A stretch of 64,000 bases of DNA from Candidatus Limnocylindrales bacterium. GTDB lineage: Bacteria; Chloroflexota; Limnocylindria; Limnocylindrales; CSP1-4. The notes under the pieces were generated by a model. The model did not search any database. It was not told the DNA's origin and was given only the letters and a program-made list of their open reading frames with translations. Both the position numbers and the translations under genes were made by a program. Positions 1-8,420 of the stretch are shown piece after piece (the stretch's first letter is position 1; every line of letters begins with the position of its first letter). Where the stretch lies: the NCBI GenBank assembly GCA_025450915.1, contig JANWLH010000066.1, positions 6,117 to 70,116 of the forward strand. Reading direction: 5' to 3'.

Positions 1-1444
1 CGTACTGGGCGTTCGACCACTGGCTGTCACTGGTGCTGCCGATCGACGAGGTCAGCAGGATTTGGAGCAGGGCGTTCGGATCCGGGTCACCGACCCAGCC
101 CCAGATGACCATGTCGTAGTTGAGCTGGCCCTTGGCCGGCTTGGTCGTGTCGAGGGCCTCGTCGTCGACCAGGGTGCCTTCGTCGAGGACCTGGGTCGTG
201 ACCTTGACGCCCACCTGGCCGAACCAGCCCTGGATGAACTGGGCATCCTTGGCGTAGTCCGGGGTCGTGTTGGGCACGTAGAGGCGCAGGTTGATCGCCT
301 TGCCCTGCTTGTCGACCCGGGTGCCGTCGGATCCGCGCGGGTACCCGGCGGCATCGAGCATCTGGTTCGACTTGGCGATGTCGAAGGTCCGGACGTCGTT
401 CGGCTCGGTGTGCCAGGCCTTCTCCCACGGCGGGACCTGGGTCGTGCCCGGCGTGCCGTAGCCGAGGAGGACCTTCTGGATCAAGGTCGGCTTGTCGATG
501 GCGTAGCCGAGAGCCTGGCGGAAGGCCGGGTCCTGGATGGCGGTCGTCGATGCCCCGCCGCCCTTGGTGTACGTGTTGTAGTTGAGCTGGGTGAAGCCGT
601 TGCCTTCGCTGGCCAGGGCCACCGTGTTCTTGGCCGTCTTGAGCTGGTTGAAGGACTCGGCACTCGGGCTGTGGATGTAGTCGAGCTCGTTGTTCTTGAA
701 CGCCGCGACCATCGTGTCCGGGGCGCTCGGGTAGTACTGGAGGACGATCTCGTCGGCGGCGCCCTGCTTGCCCCAGTAATTGGGGTTGCGGACCATCCGC
801 ACGTACTGGCTCGTCGACTCGACGGCCTGGTAGGGGCCCGTGCCCACGACCGGCACCTTGTTCTCGAAGTCGGCGACGTTGGCCGGGGTCACGTTCTTCC
901 AGATGTGCTGGGGCACGATCGGGATGTACGAGTGGGTGAGCTTGGTCGTCGGTCGCGATGAGGTGATGACGACCGTCGATGGATCGGGCGCGGTCACGCT
1001 CGTCACGAACGAATCCTTGAGGTACGGATCGAGGTAGCCGAGGCCGACGACGCCGCCGTTCTTCGTGCCCTCGAGCTCGAGGTTGTACGTGTAGACCACG
1101 TCGGCGCTCGTCGCCGGCACGCCGTCCGACCACTTCATCCCGTCGCGGATATGGAAGGTCCAGCTCAGCCCGTCTGGCGATTGGGTCCATTTGTCGGCGA
1201 ACCCGGGAACCGGCTCGTTATTCGGCCCGAAGTTGACCAGCAGGTCGTAGTTGAGGGTGAAGACCTCGTAGCCGACGTTGAGGGCGGTCTCGAACGGGTT
1301 CAGGGAATCGAGGCTTTCGACCGTGCCCACCCGGAGCGTCAGGAGGTCCTTCGCGTGGACGGTCGCGGCCGGCAGCAGGGCGGCCAGGGCGAGGGCGAAC
1401 GCAGCGATGGTGCGGGCAACCTTGGCCCGCAGGGACGATCGCAT
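1..1444 (-). CDS. ABC transporter substrate-binding protein, family 5 (peptide/nickel type); C-terminus cut by window edge
   Basis: Not in the ORF track because it is open at the window edge. Own translation of the minus strand from ATG 1444-1442 (GGAGGAGG Shine-Dalgarno upstream) gives MRSSLRAKVARTIAAFALALAALLPAATVHA (signal peptide), then LRVGTVESLDSLNPFE, DGMKWSDGVPATSADVVYTY and VRNPNYWGK. Listed ORFs 87..1190(-) and 62..961(+) are shadow frames. Confidence 0.85.
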   Translation of the reverse strand, partial: MRSSLRAKVARTIAAFALALAALLPAATVHAKDLLTLRVGTVESLDSLNPFETALNVGYEVFTLNYDLLVNFGPNNEPVPGFADKWTQSPDGLSWTFHIRDGMKWSDGVPATSADVVYTYNLELEGTKNGGVVGLGYLDPYLKDSFVTSVTAPDPSTVVITSSRPTTKLTHSYIPIVPQHIWKNVTPANVADFENKVPVVGTGPYQAVESTSQYVRMVRNPNYWGKQGAADEIVLQYYPSAPDTMVAAFKNNELDYIHSPSAESFNQLKTAKNTVALASEGNGFTQLNYNTYTKGGGASTTAIQDPAFRQALGYAIDKPTLIQKVLLGYGTPGTTQVPPWEKAWHTEPNDVRTFDIAKSNQMLDAAGYPRGSDGTRVDKQGKAINLRLYVPNTTPDYAKDAQFIQGWFGQVGVKVTTQVLDEGTLVDDEALDTTKPAKGQLNYDMVIWGWVGDPDPNALLQILLTSSIGSTSDSQWSNAQY

Positions 1445-1580
1445 CGGGTGAGTCCTCCTCCGCGCGGCCCGGTCTGCTCCGCCGGCTCCGGCCGCATCGT
1501 TCGGGCAGGGTTGCACAACGACACCATCGTGCGCAAGGACCAACCACGTGGCGCATCGCTGTTGCGCCCGGCGGGACGGC

Positions 1581-2768
1581 TCAGACCATGAAGCTCGTCG
1601 GGGGATCGGCCTCGAGGAGGATCGGCCGATCGATCCTGAAGCGCTCGATCTCGGCCGCCGATGGCGTGACTCCGTCGACGATCAGCTCGGCGAGGATCCG
1701 GCCGATGAGCGAGCTGAACTTGAACGCATGGGCCGCTCCGAGGGCCACGAGGACCGACGGATGGTCCGGGAGGCGATCGATCACGAAGTCGCGATCAGGG
1801 GTCATCGTATACAGGCACGTCTTGGTGTAGATCTCCGGTCCGACGCTGCCCGGCAGATGCTCCGCCATGAAACCGTCGAGGCGGGCTCCGGCCACCCGGT
1901 CCGGCTCGAAGCTGCGCCCCCGGGCCGTCGTGGGCCGGCCGCCGACGTCCTCGGCGGCCTTCGGGCCGGCCTCGCCATAGGTCGGGAAGCCGTAGAAGCA
2001 CGGCTCGTCCATCCAGATCCAGACCGGGAAGCGCTCCGGTGCGAAGTCCTCGGGGCGCGGGCAGGCGTAGTAGGTCACCTGCTCGCGGGTGATCGTCAGC
2101 GGCAACCGGCGACCCAGCGGAGCCAGGAGCTCGTTCGTCCAGGCGTCGGCCGCCAGGATCACGGTGCCCGCCCGGAAGGTGCCCGCACCGTCGGTCTCGA
2201 TCTCGATCTCGCCGCCCAGGTCGCGCAAGCCGCTGACCGGCGTCCGATCGAGGAGCGTCGCCCCGTGCTCGCAGGCCAGCCGCTGGTGGGCGGCGTTCGC
2301 GCGGTTCGGATCGGCCAGGCCACCCGCAGCCTGGAAGATCGTGACGGTATCGTCGGCCAGCCGCCACTGAGGCCAGCGGCGCATCGTCTCGGCCGCGTCG
2401 AGCGTCTCGAACGGGACGCCCTCGGCGGCCAGGCTGCCCGAGTAGTCGGCCATCGGGATCCGGGCTCCGGCCGGCCACAGGTCGAGGCCGCCGGTCATCG
2501 TGACGACCTGGACGCCGGACTCGGCCTGGAGCAGGTCCCATGTCTCGTAGGCCCGCCGGGCCAGGCGCACATAGTCGGGCCGGTGGTACGAGAGGCGAAT
2601 GATCCGGGAATGGTCCTGGCTCGCGCCGTTGGGATGGCCGAGCTCGAACTGCTCCAGGCCGAGGAGGTCGCCGCCGAGCCGCCGGCTCAGCCAGTAGGCA
2701 GCGCCACTGCCGATTCCTCCGAGGCCGATGACCGCCGCGGCATACTCCCGCCGCGACGGCTCAGCCAT
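1581..2768 (-). CDS. FAD-dependent sarcosine oxidase / N-methyltryptophan oxidase family protein
   Basis: ORF 1581..2900 trimmed to ATG 2768. N-terminus YAAAVIGLGGIGSGAAYWL is a GxGxxG FAD fold. KTCLYTMTPDRDFVID matches the covalent-FAD Cys region of monomeric sarcosine oxidase. AHAFKFSSLIG is present near the C-terminus. Confidence 0.88.
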   Translation of the reverse strand: MAEPSRREYAAAVIGLGGIGSGAAYWLSRRLGGDLLGLEQFELGHPNGASQDHSRIIRLSYHRPDYVRLARRAYETWDLLQAESGVQVVTMTGGLDLWPAGARIPMADYSGSLAAEGVPFETLDAAETMRRWPQWRLADDTVTIFQAAGGLADPNRANAAHQRLACEHGATLLDRTPVSGLRDLGGEIEIETDGAGTFRAGTVILAADAWTNELLAPLGRRLPLTITREQVTYYACPRPEDFAPERFPVWIWMDEPCFYGFPTYGEAGPKAAEDVGGRPTTARGRSFEPDRVAGARLDGFMAEHLPGSVGPEIYTKTCLYTMTPDRDFVIDRLPDHPSVLVALGAAHAFKFSSLIGRILAELIVDGVTPSAAEIERFRIDRPILLEADPPTSFMV

Positions 2769-2946
2769 CCGGGCGGGTCCCGTCCAGGACAACCCGGCCG
2801 CCGAGCTCGACCGAGCCGTCGGCGGCGAGCCGGGTCGTGAGGCGTGAGCCCCGCCCCTTGACGATCTCGAGGCCCACGCCGAGGGCGTTGCCATGGGCAT
2901 CGTCGGCGTCGACGAAGACTCGCAGGACGTGGAGCGTTGCGCTCAC
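2761..2946 (-). CDS. 61-aa PhzF-like remnant ORF (N- and C-terminal PhzF segments only), translationally coupled on both sides
   Basis: The GTG start shares a GTGA overlap with the NUDIX stop (2943-2946). The stop overlaps the downstream ATG in ATGGCTGA. Peptide: VSATLHVLRVFVDADDAHGNALGVGLEIVKGRGSRLTTRLAADGSVELGGRVVLDGTRPDG. It resembles the PhzF N-terminus (vDvFt..GNplaV) joined to the PhzF C-terminal strand region. Confidence 0.35.
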   Translation of the reverse strand: MSATLHVLRVFVDADDAHGNALGVGLEIVKGRGSRLTTRLAADGSVELGGRVVLDGTRPDG

Positions 2947-3497
2947 CGGCGCTCCCGCGCGACGCGTTCCAGCCCGGCGATCGTCAGCAGGTCGCTGATC
3001 TCGCCGGCGTCGATCATCGCCAGGGCCGCCTCGAACTCGACCCAGCGCACGCGCAGGTCCTCGGTGCCATCCGGGGAGGAATCGCCCGCGACGAGGTCGG
3101 TGGCCAGGAAGATCGTGCCGAGCTCGTCGGTCACCGAGTTCGAGACCGCCACCTTGCCGATCTCGCGCCAGGTGCCGGCGCTGAGGCCGGTCTCCTCGCG
3201 AAGCTCGCGCCGGGCCCCGTCGAGCGGGACCTCGTCGGGCGGGACGCCACCCTCGGGCAGCTCCCACGAGTAGCGATCGATCGTGTAGCGCCACTGGCCG
3301 ACGAGGGCGACCCGGTCGTGCTCGTCGATTGCGACGATCGCGACGGCATGGTTGAGGAAGTGGACGACGCCGTAGATCCCCGGCTGCCCGTCGGGCCGGT
3401 CGACCTCGTCGTGGAGGACGCTGACCCAGGCGTTCTCGTAGACCAGCTGCCGCGATCGGCGCCGCCACGGTGATTCGCGGGGATCCGGCTCGCTCAT
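2943..3497 (-). CDS. NUDIX hydrolase (ADP-ribose pyrophosphatase-like)
   Basis: Complete Nudix box GGVPPDEVPLDGARRELREETGL (Gx5Ex7REUxEExGU) in ORF 2943..3497. Confidence 0.9.
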   Translation of the reverse strand: MSEPDPRESPWRRRSRQLVYENAWVSVLHDEVDRPDGQPGIYGVVHFLNHAVAIVAIDEHDRVALVGQWRYTIDRYSWELPEGGVPPDEVPLDGARRELREETGLSAGTWREIGKVAVSNSVTDELGTIFLATDLVAGDSSPDGTEDLRVRWVEFEAALAMIDAGEISDLLTIAGLERVARERR

Positions 3498-3567
3498 CGG
3501 CGAATCGTACGTCCCGGGCGGCGCGTCGCGCTGACGGCCCGGCAGGAGCGCTCGCTAGACTCGACCG

Positions 3568-5637
3568 ATGGCCGGCCACGATGCTCCGATCGCCGCCCTC
3601 TCATCGACGCATCGACCGGCTTCACAGCCGGTCCACGAGGTCGAGGTCCGGCGCGACGTCCGGATTCCCGTCCGCGACGGGCTCGAGCTGTCGGCCAACC
3701 TCTGGCTGCCGGCCGAGGCCGTGGTTACCGGCAGCGCGGCTCGCTTCCCGGCGATCCTCGAGATGATCCCCTACCGCAAGGACGACTGGCGCTGGGCGAG
3801 CGACGAGGCCCGCGGCCAGTGGCTGGCGGCCCGCGGCTTCGCCTTCTGCCGGCTCGACATCCGGGGGACCGGCAGCAGCCCGGGGATCGCGCTCGGCGAA
3901 TACACCGCGGACGAGACCAACGACGGCTACGACGCGGTCGAGTGGCTGGCCGCCCAACCCTGGTCGAACGGCAACGTGGGGATGTGGGGGATCAGCTGGG
4001 GCGGCTTCTCGGCGATCCAGGTGGCGATGCTCCGGCCGCCGCACCTCCGGGCGATCGTGCCCGTCTACGCCTCCGATGATCGCTACACCGACGACGTCCA
4101 CTACATCGGCGGCTGCGTCACCGCCAGCGAGCTGAGCCAGTACGCGGTGAGCATGGTGGGTTCCAACGCCCTGCCCCCGCGTCCGCGCTACCGCGGCGAG
4201 GCCTGGGAGGCGGAGTGGCGCGAGCGCCTCGAGCGGACACCCGTCTGGCTCTTCGAGTGGCTCCGCCGCCAGCAGGACGGATCCTTCTGGCGACAGGGCT
4301 CGCTCGCTCCGCACTGGAAGGCGCTGGTGGTGCCGATGCTCCTGATCGGCGGCTGGATGGATGGCTACGTCGACTCCGCGATCCGGATGCTCAGGTATTG
4401 CGAGAACGCGCCACGGCGGGCCCTGATCGGCAACTGGGTCCACGCCCTGCCCGACGAGGCCTATCCGGGCCCCAACATCGATTGGCTCCACGAGGTCACC
4501 CGGTTCTTCGACCATTGGCTCAAGGGCATCGACAACGGCGTCATGGATGAACCCGCCCTGATCTATTTCGAGCGCGACTACGCCCCACCGGAGCCATTTC
4601 CCGCGACGTGGCCCGGAAGGTGGCGGAGCGCGGGGCTGCCGCTGCCCAGTGGCCACGACCGGATCCTCCACCTCAGCCCGGCGGGCGGCCTGACCAAGTC
4701 GCGATCCGCCGCGGGTCGGGCGACGATCGTCCATCGCCCGACGATCGGAACGGCAGCGTCGCTGTCGTGGGGGGCCGGCTGGCCACCGAACGGGCTCGCC
4801 CGCGACCTCCGCCCCGACGAAGCCCTCCTGCCGACCTGGACGAGCCCGCCACTCACGGAGCCGCTCCACCTGTTCGACGGCTCGGTGGCACATCTCGCGA
4901 TCAGCTCGTCGATGCCCGTCGCCACGGCGGTTGTGCGCCTCAGCGATCTGGCCCCGGATGGCACGGTTGCCCCGGTCGCCGCGGGAATCCGCAACCTCAC
5001 CCAACGTCGCCTCACCACCGAGGTCGAGCCGCTCGAGCCGGGCGAGGTCGTCGAGTTCACGATCACGCTCCGGGCGACCGGCTACCGATTCGCGCCGGGC
5101 CACCGTATCCGGCTCTCGGTTGCGTCGGCCTACTGGCCGGTCATCTGGCCGTCGCCGTACGCCGGCGAGCTGACGATCCACCTCGGACCGTCGTACCTGA
5201 TCCTGCGCACGGCCCCGACCGAGGCGGCGGCGGCGGCGCCCGCCTTCCGGACCGAGCCGGCGGGCCTGCCCGATGTGGGTGCCCGAGGCTCCGAGGAATC
5301 GGCCATCTGGCAGATCCAGCAGGACGTCCTCGCCGGCACCGTCACCGTGACGACCGGCAGCGGCGAGGCGCTGACCCTGCCCGACGGGACATCCCTGTAC
5401 TCGTCGGAGTTGCTCGAGATGACCGCCAGCGACGCCGACCCGGCCCACGCCCGGATGCGCACCGAGGTCGTCTACCGCCTCGACCAGGATGGCCGGGCGA
5501 TCGTGGCCGAGGCCAGCGGCCTGATGACCTCGACCGAGACCACCTTCGAGCTGAGCGTCGATCTCGATGTCACTCTTGACGGGGCCCCGTTCCACCACGG
5601 CAGTTGGGCCGAGACGATTCCACGGAGGCTGGTCTGA
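3568..5637 (+). CDS. CocE/NonD family hydrolase (X-Pro dipeptidyl-peptidase S15 fold)
   Basis: 689-aa ORF. It has RDGLELSANLWLP, YRKDD, the nucleophile elbow GMWGISWGG and a C-terminal beta-sandwich region typical of CocE/NonD. Confidence 0.88.
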   Translation: MAGHDAPIAALSSTHRPASQPVHEVEVRRDVRIPVRDGLELSANLWLPAEAVVTGSAARFPAILEMIPYRKDDWRWASDEARGQWLAARGFAFCRLDIRGTGSSPGIALGEYTADETNDGYDAVEWLAAQPWSNGNVGMWGISWGGFSAIQVAMLRPPHLRAIVPVYASDDRYTDDVHYIGGCVTASELSQYAVSMVGSNALPPRPRYRGEAWEAEWRERLERTPVWLFEWLRRQQDGSFWRQGSLAPHWKALVVPMLLIGGWMDGYVDSAIRMLRYCENAPRRALIGNWVHALPDEAYPGPNIDWLHEVTRFFDHWLKGIDNGVMDEPALIYFERDYAPPEPFPATWPGRWRSAGLPLPSGHDRILHLSPAGGLTKSRSAAGRATIVHRPTIGTAASLSWGAGWPPNGLARDLRPDEALLPTWTSPPLTEPLHLFDGSVAHLAISSSMPVATAVVRLSDLAPDGTVAPVAAGIRNLTQRRLTTEVEPLEPGEVVEFTITLRATGYRFAPGHRIRLSVASAYWPVIWPSPYAGELTIHLGPSYLILRTAPTEAAAAAPAFRTEPAGLPDVGARGSEESAIWQIQQDVLAGTVTVTTGSGEALTLPDGTSLYSSELLEMTASDADPAHARMRTEVVYRLDQDGRAIVAEASGLMTSTETTFELSVDLDVTLDGAPFHHGSWAETIPRRLV

Positions 5638-6824
5638 TGACCCAGGCGGTTCCCTCGTCCGGACGCATCTCGCGTGCCGCGGCCAGCTTCACCGAGTCGG
5701 TGATCCGCGAGATGAATCGCCTCGCGGTCGAGGCCGGCGCGGTCAGCCTCGCCCAGGGGTTCCCGGACTTCGCCTGCCCGATCGAGCTCAAGGAGGCGGC
5801 CAATCGGGCCATCCTCGACGACGTCAACCAGTACGCGATCACCTGGGGCGCCAGGGCGCTGCGGGCCGCGATCGCCGCCAAGGTCGAGCGCTGTCATCCC
5901 GGCTGGGTAATCGATCCCGAGACGCAGATCACGGTGACCTGCGGGGCGACGGAGGCGATGATCGCGACGATGCTCGGGCTGCTCGATCCGGGCGACGAGG
6001 TCGTGATCTTCGAGCCGTTCTACGAGAACTACGGCCCCGACGCGATCCTGGCCGGCGCGATCCCCCGTTACGTGACCCTCCACCAGCCCGACTGGTCGAT
6101 CGACCCCGACGAGCTGCGTGCCGCGTTCACCGGCCGGACCCGGGCGATCATCGTGAACTCGCCCCACAACCCGACCGGCAAGGTCTTCTCGCGAGCCGAG
6201 CTGGAGCTGATCGCCGGCCTGTGCCTCGAGCACGACGCCCTGGCGATCACCGACGACATCTACCAGCACATCGTCTTCACCGGCGAGCACATCCCCCTGG
6301 CCACCCTGCCGGGGATGGCCGAGCGGACGATCGCGATCGATTCGATGTCCAAGACCTACTCGGTCACCGGCTGGCGGGTCGGCTGGACGATCGCGAGCCC
6401 CGAGCTGACGGTGGGCATCCGGCGCGTCCACGACTTCCTGACCGTCGGTACCGCGGCGCCGCTCCAGCAGGCGGCGGTCGTGGCGCTCGGCTTTCCCCAA
6501 GCCTACTACCACCAGCTCGCGGCCGACTACCGGGCCCGGCGGGACCTGATCGTGCCCGCGCTCGAAGCCGCCGGGTTCCGCGTCTGGATCCCGGACGGCG
6601 CCTACTACGCGATGACCGACACGTCGGCGATCACCGAGCTCGACGACGTGACCTTTGCCCGGCACCTGATCCACGAGCCGGGAATAGCCGCAGTGCCCGG
6701 ATCGTCGTTCTTCTCGCGACCCGAGCTCGGCCGGCAGAACCTCCGGTTTGCGTTCCCCAAGCGACACGAGACCCTCGAGGCAGCGACCGAGCGGCTGGCC
6801 CGGCTCAGGCCAGGGCAGCCGTGA
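5637..6824 (+). CDS. Pyridoxal-phosphate aminotransferase, class I/II (kynurenine/methionine aminotransferase-like)
   Basis: ATGA overlap with the upstream stop. Motifs: QGFPDF, NSPHNPTG, and the PLP-lysine motif SMSKTYSVTGWRVGW. Confidence 0.9.
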   Translation: MTQAVPSSGRISRAAASFTESVIREMNRLAVEAGAVSLAQGFPDFACPIELKEAANRAILDDVNQYAITWGARALRAAIAAKVERCHPGWVIDPETQITVTCGATEAMIATMLGLLDPGDEVVIFEPFYENYGPDAILAGAIPRYVTLHQPDWSIDPDELRAAFTGRTRAIIVNSPHNPTGKVFSRAELELIAGLCLEHDALAITDDIYQHIVFTGEHIPLATLPGMAERTIAIDSMSKTYSVTGWRVGWTIASPELTVGIRRVHDFLTVGTAAPLQQAAVVALGFPQAYYHQLAADYRARRDLIVPALEAAGFRVWIPDGAYYAMTDTSAITELDDVTFARHLIHEPGIAAVPGSSFFSRPELGRQNLRFAFPKRHETLEAATERLARLRPGQP

Positions 6825-7701
6825 TCGCCGCGGCAGCCACGATCGAGGTCGACAGGGCGAGCGTGACGCTGGCCAGGGTGCCGACGAGGTAGTACTCGGC
6901 GAAGTGCCGGTCGTCGAGCTGCCGGAAGCGGGCCAGGGTCTTGGCCGCGATCACGAAGCCGATCGCCGCGGCCTGTCCGGCCAGGACGAGGACGCACACG
7001 ATCAGCCGCTCGAGGATGCCGATCGTGGCCCCGACGCGCTCCGGCCCGGGCGCCGAGCCCGAGGCGGAGCCACGCGGGGCCAGGAGGATCCCGACGAGGA
7101 AGAACCCGCCCCGGATATTGACGATCAGGAGGTCGAGGACCACGACGACCATCGCCACCGCCGCGCCGAGATCGGCAACCGGCAGCACCCTGGCGCCGGC
7201 GGCATTGACCACGTCGTTCCAGGCCGACAGGGTCGGCTGGTCGCGGAGCAGGATGCTCGCTCCGACGATCAGGACGACGAAGTGGGCGGCCTGGTCGGCG
7301 AGGAAGAGGGCGGCCGGCAGCGACGTCCAGGCCCGGTCGCCGGGGGCATCGGGCGCACTCGGTGGCCCGGCGGGCTCGGCCACCGCAGCCGCCTCCGGGG
7401 CGGGCGCGGCCGGCTTTGGCGCGGGCCGGACCGCCCGCCGATGGAGGACCACCTTGCTCCGATCGATCAGGCCGTGGGCCAGCGCAACGATGACCAGGTA
7501 GCCCAGCCCGCGGACCCCGTAGGCCGCGACGAACGGCAGGAGGCAGATCGCGACGATCGCGGCGTGGATCGCCAGGCCGCGCCAGGCCCGATCGTCGGGA
7601 GCCGACTTGGCCTCGGCGATCGCGTCGGTCTGGAGGACGAAGTCCGCGACCAGGTGGGCGAGGATGGCGAGAGCGATGAGCAGGATGGCCGAATGCGACA
7701 T
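6805..7701 (-). CDS. DUF3307-like integral membrane protein
   Basis: N-terminus LAHLVADFVLQTD (HxxxDFxxQ signature) and several hydrophobic spans. TGATG junction with the upstream SatD-like gene. Confidence 0.75.
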   Translation of the reverse strand: MSHSAILLIALAILAHLVADFVLQTDAIAEAKSAPDDRAWRGLAIHAAIVAICLLPFVAAYGVRGLGYLVIVALAHGLIDRSKVVLHRRAVRPAPKPAAPAPEAAAVAEPAGPPSAPDAPGDRAWTSLPAALFLADQAAHFVVLIVGASILLRDQPTLSAWNDVVNAAGARVLPVADLGAAVAMVVVVLDLLIVNIRGGFFLVGILLAPRGSASGSAPGPERVGATIGILERLIVCVLVLAGQAAAIGFVIAAKTLARFRQLDDRHFAEYYLVGTLASVTLALSTSIVAAAAITAALA

Positions 7702-8342
7702 CAGGTTACCGGCTCCGCCGACCGGCTGCGATCGAGGAGCGTGCGGATTGCCCGTGACAGCCGTTCGAGGGAGGGTACCCCGCCGCGCTCGGCGGCGACG
7801 GAGATCGTGGCCCTGCTCACATGCAGTCGATCAGCGACCTCCGAGCGCCGCAGGCCCTCGACGAGGATCAGGCCGGCCACTCGCCGCTGGGTGGGGCTGA
7901 GCTCTTCGAGCGCGGCCCCCAGGACCGGGGCCAGGTCGTCGAGCAGCTCGTCGACCGGCGGGACACCGGTCACGATCCGCAGGTTCGTCCGACGCCGGCG
8001 CGTCTCCTCGAGCGCTGCCCGGGCCGCCAGGAACGCCTCGCCGGTCCGCTGCGTGGCGGGGCCTTCGCCGGGCTCGACATGGCCGGAGGCGATCGCCCAG
8101 CGCATCGGCCGGGCGTCGTCGGCGAGGGCCGCCCGCAGGACGACCGCGACCGGATCTGCGGTTGGTCGAAGGAGGCCCTGGAGCTCATCGCCCTGGGTGA
8201 AGCCGAACCGGGCGAGGGTCTCCCGATCGTGGGCGGCCTGCAGCTCGGCACACAGCGCGCGGAGCCAGTCGGACGATCCCGCGGGATCCCGCCGGGAACG
8301 GACTACGTCGCCGAAGATGACGATGCCGAGCGAGGAATTCAC
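7701..8342 (-). CDS. SatD-family protein with C-terminal sigma-70 region-4-like HTH (putative regulator)
   Basis: N-terminus IVIFGDVVRSRRD resembles the SatD family start. The C-terminus LSPTQRRVAGLILVEGLRRSEVADRLHVSRATISV is HTH-like. The GTG start lies 6 nt downstream of a TAGCCT -10 box. Confidence 0.7.
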   Translation of the reverse strand: MNSSLGIVIFGDVVRSRRDPAGSSDWLRALCAELQAAHDRETLARFGFTQGDELQGLLRPTADPVAVVLRAALADDARPMRWAIASGHVEPGEGPATQRTGEAFLAARAALEETRRRRTNLRIVTGVPPVDELLDDLAPVLGAALEELSPTQRRVAGLILVEGLRRSEVADRLHVSRATISVAAERGGVPSLERLSRAIRTLLDRSRSAEPVT

Positions 8343-8349
8343 CGTTGAA

Positions 8350-8413
8350 GGCTAACTCCATGCCAGTTAGCCGTCAATGGCTAATTATCAATCAAGTAGC
8401 CCTGGACGGCTAA
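8350..8413 (-). promoter_or_regulatory. Leaderless promoter plus four-copy GGCTAA/TTAGCC operator for the satD-DUF3307 operon
   Basis: Minus strand: TTGACG (8377-8372), a 17-nt spacer, TAGCCT (8354-8349), then 6 nt to GTG. GGCTAA occurs at 8350, 8379 and 8408 (29-bp phasing), with an inverted TTAGCC at 8367-8372. This is a local AT-rich island in GC-rich DNA. Confidence 0.55.
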
Positions 8414-8420
8414 TCGTTGA

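Noticed and set aside
87-1190. ORF 87..1190(-) 367 aa and ORF 62..961(+) at the left edge.
   Set aside because: A third frame on the minus strand, open at the window edge and so not listed, encodes a clean family-5 substrate-binding protein with a signal peptide and SD. The listed frames are Arg-rich shadows.
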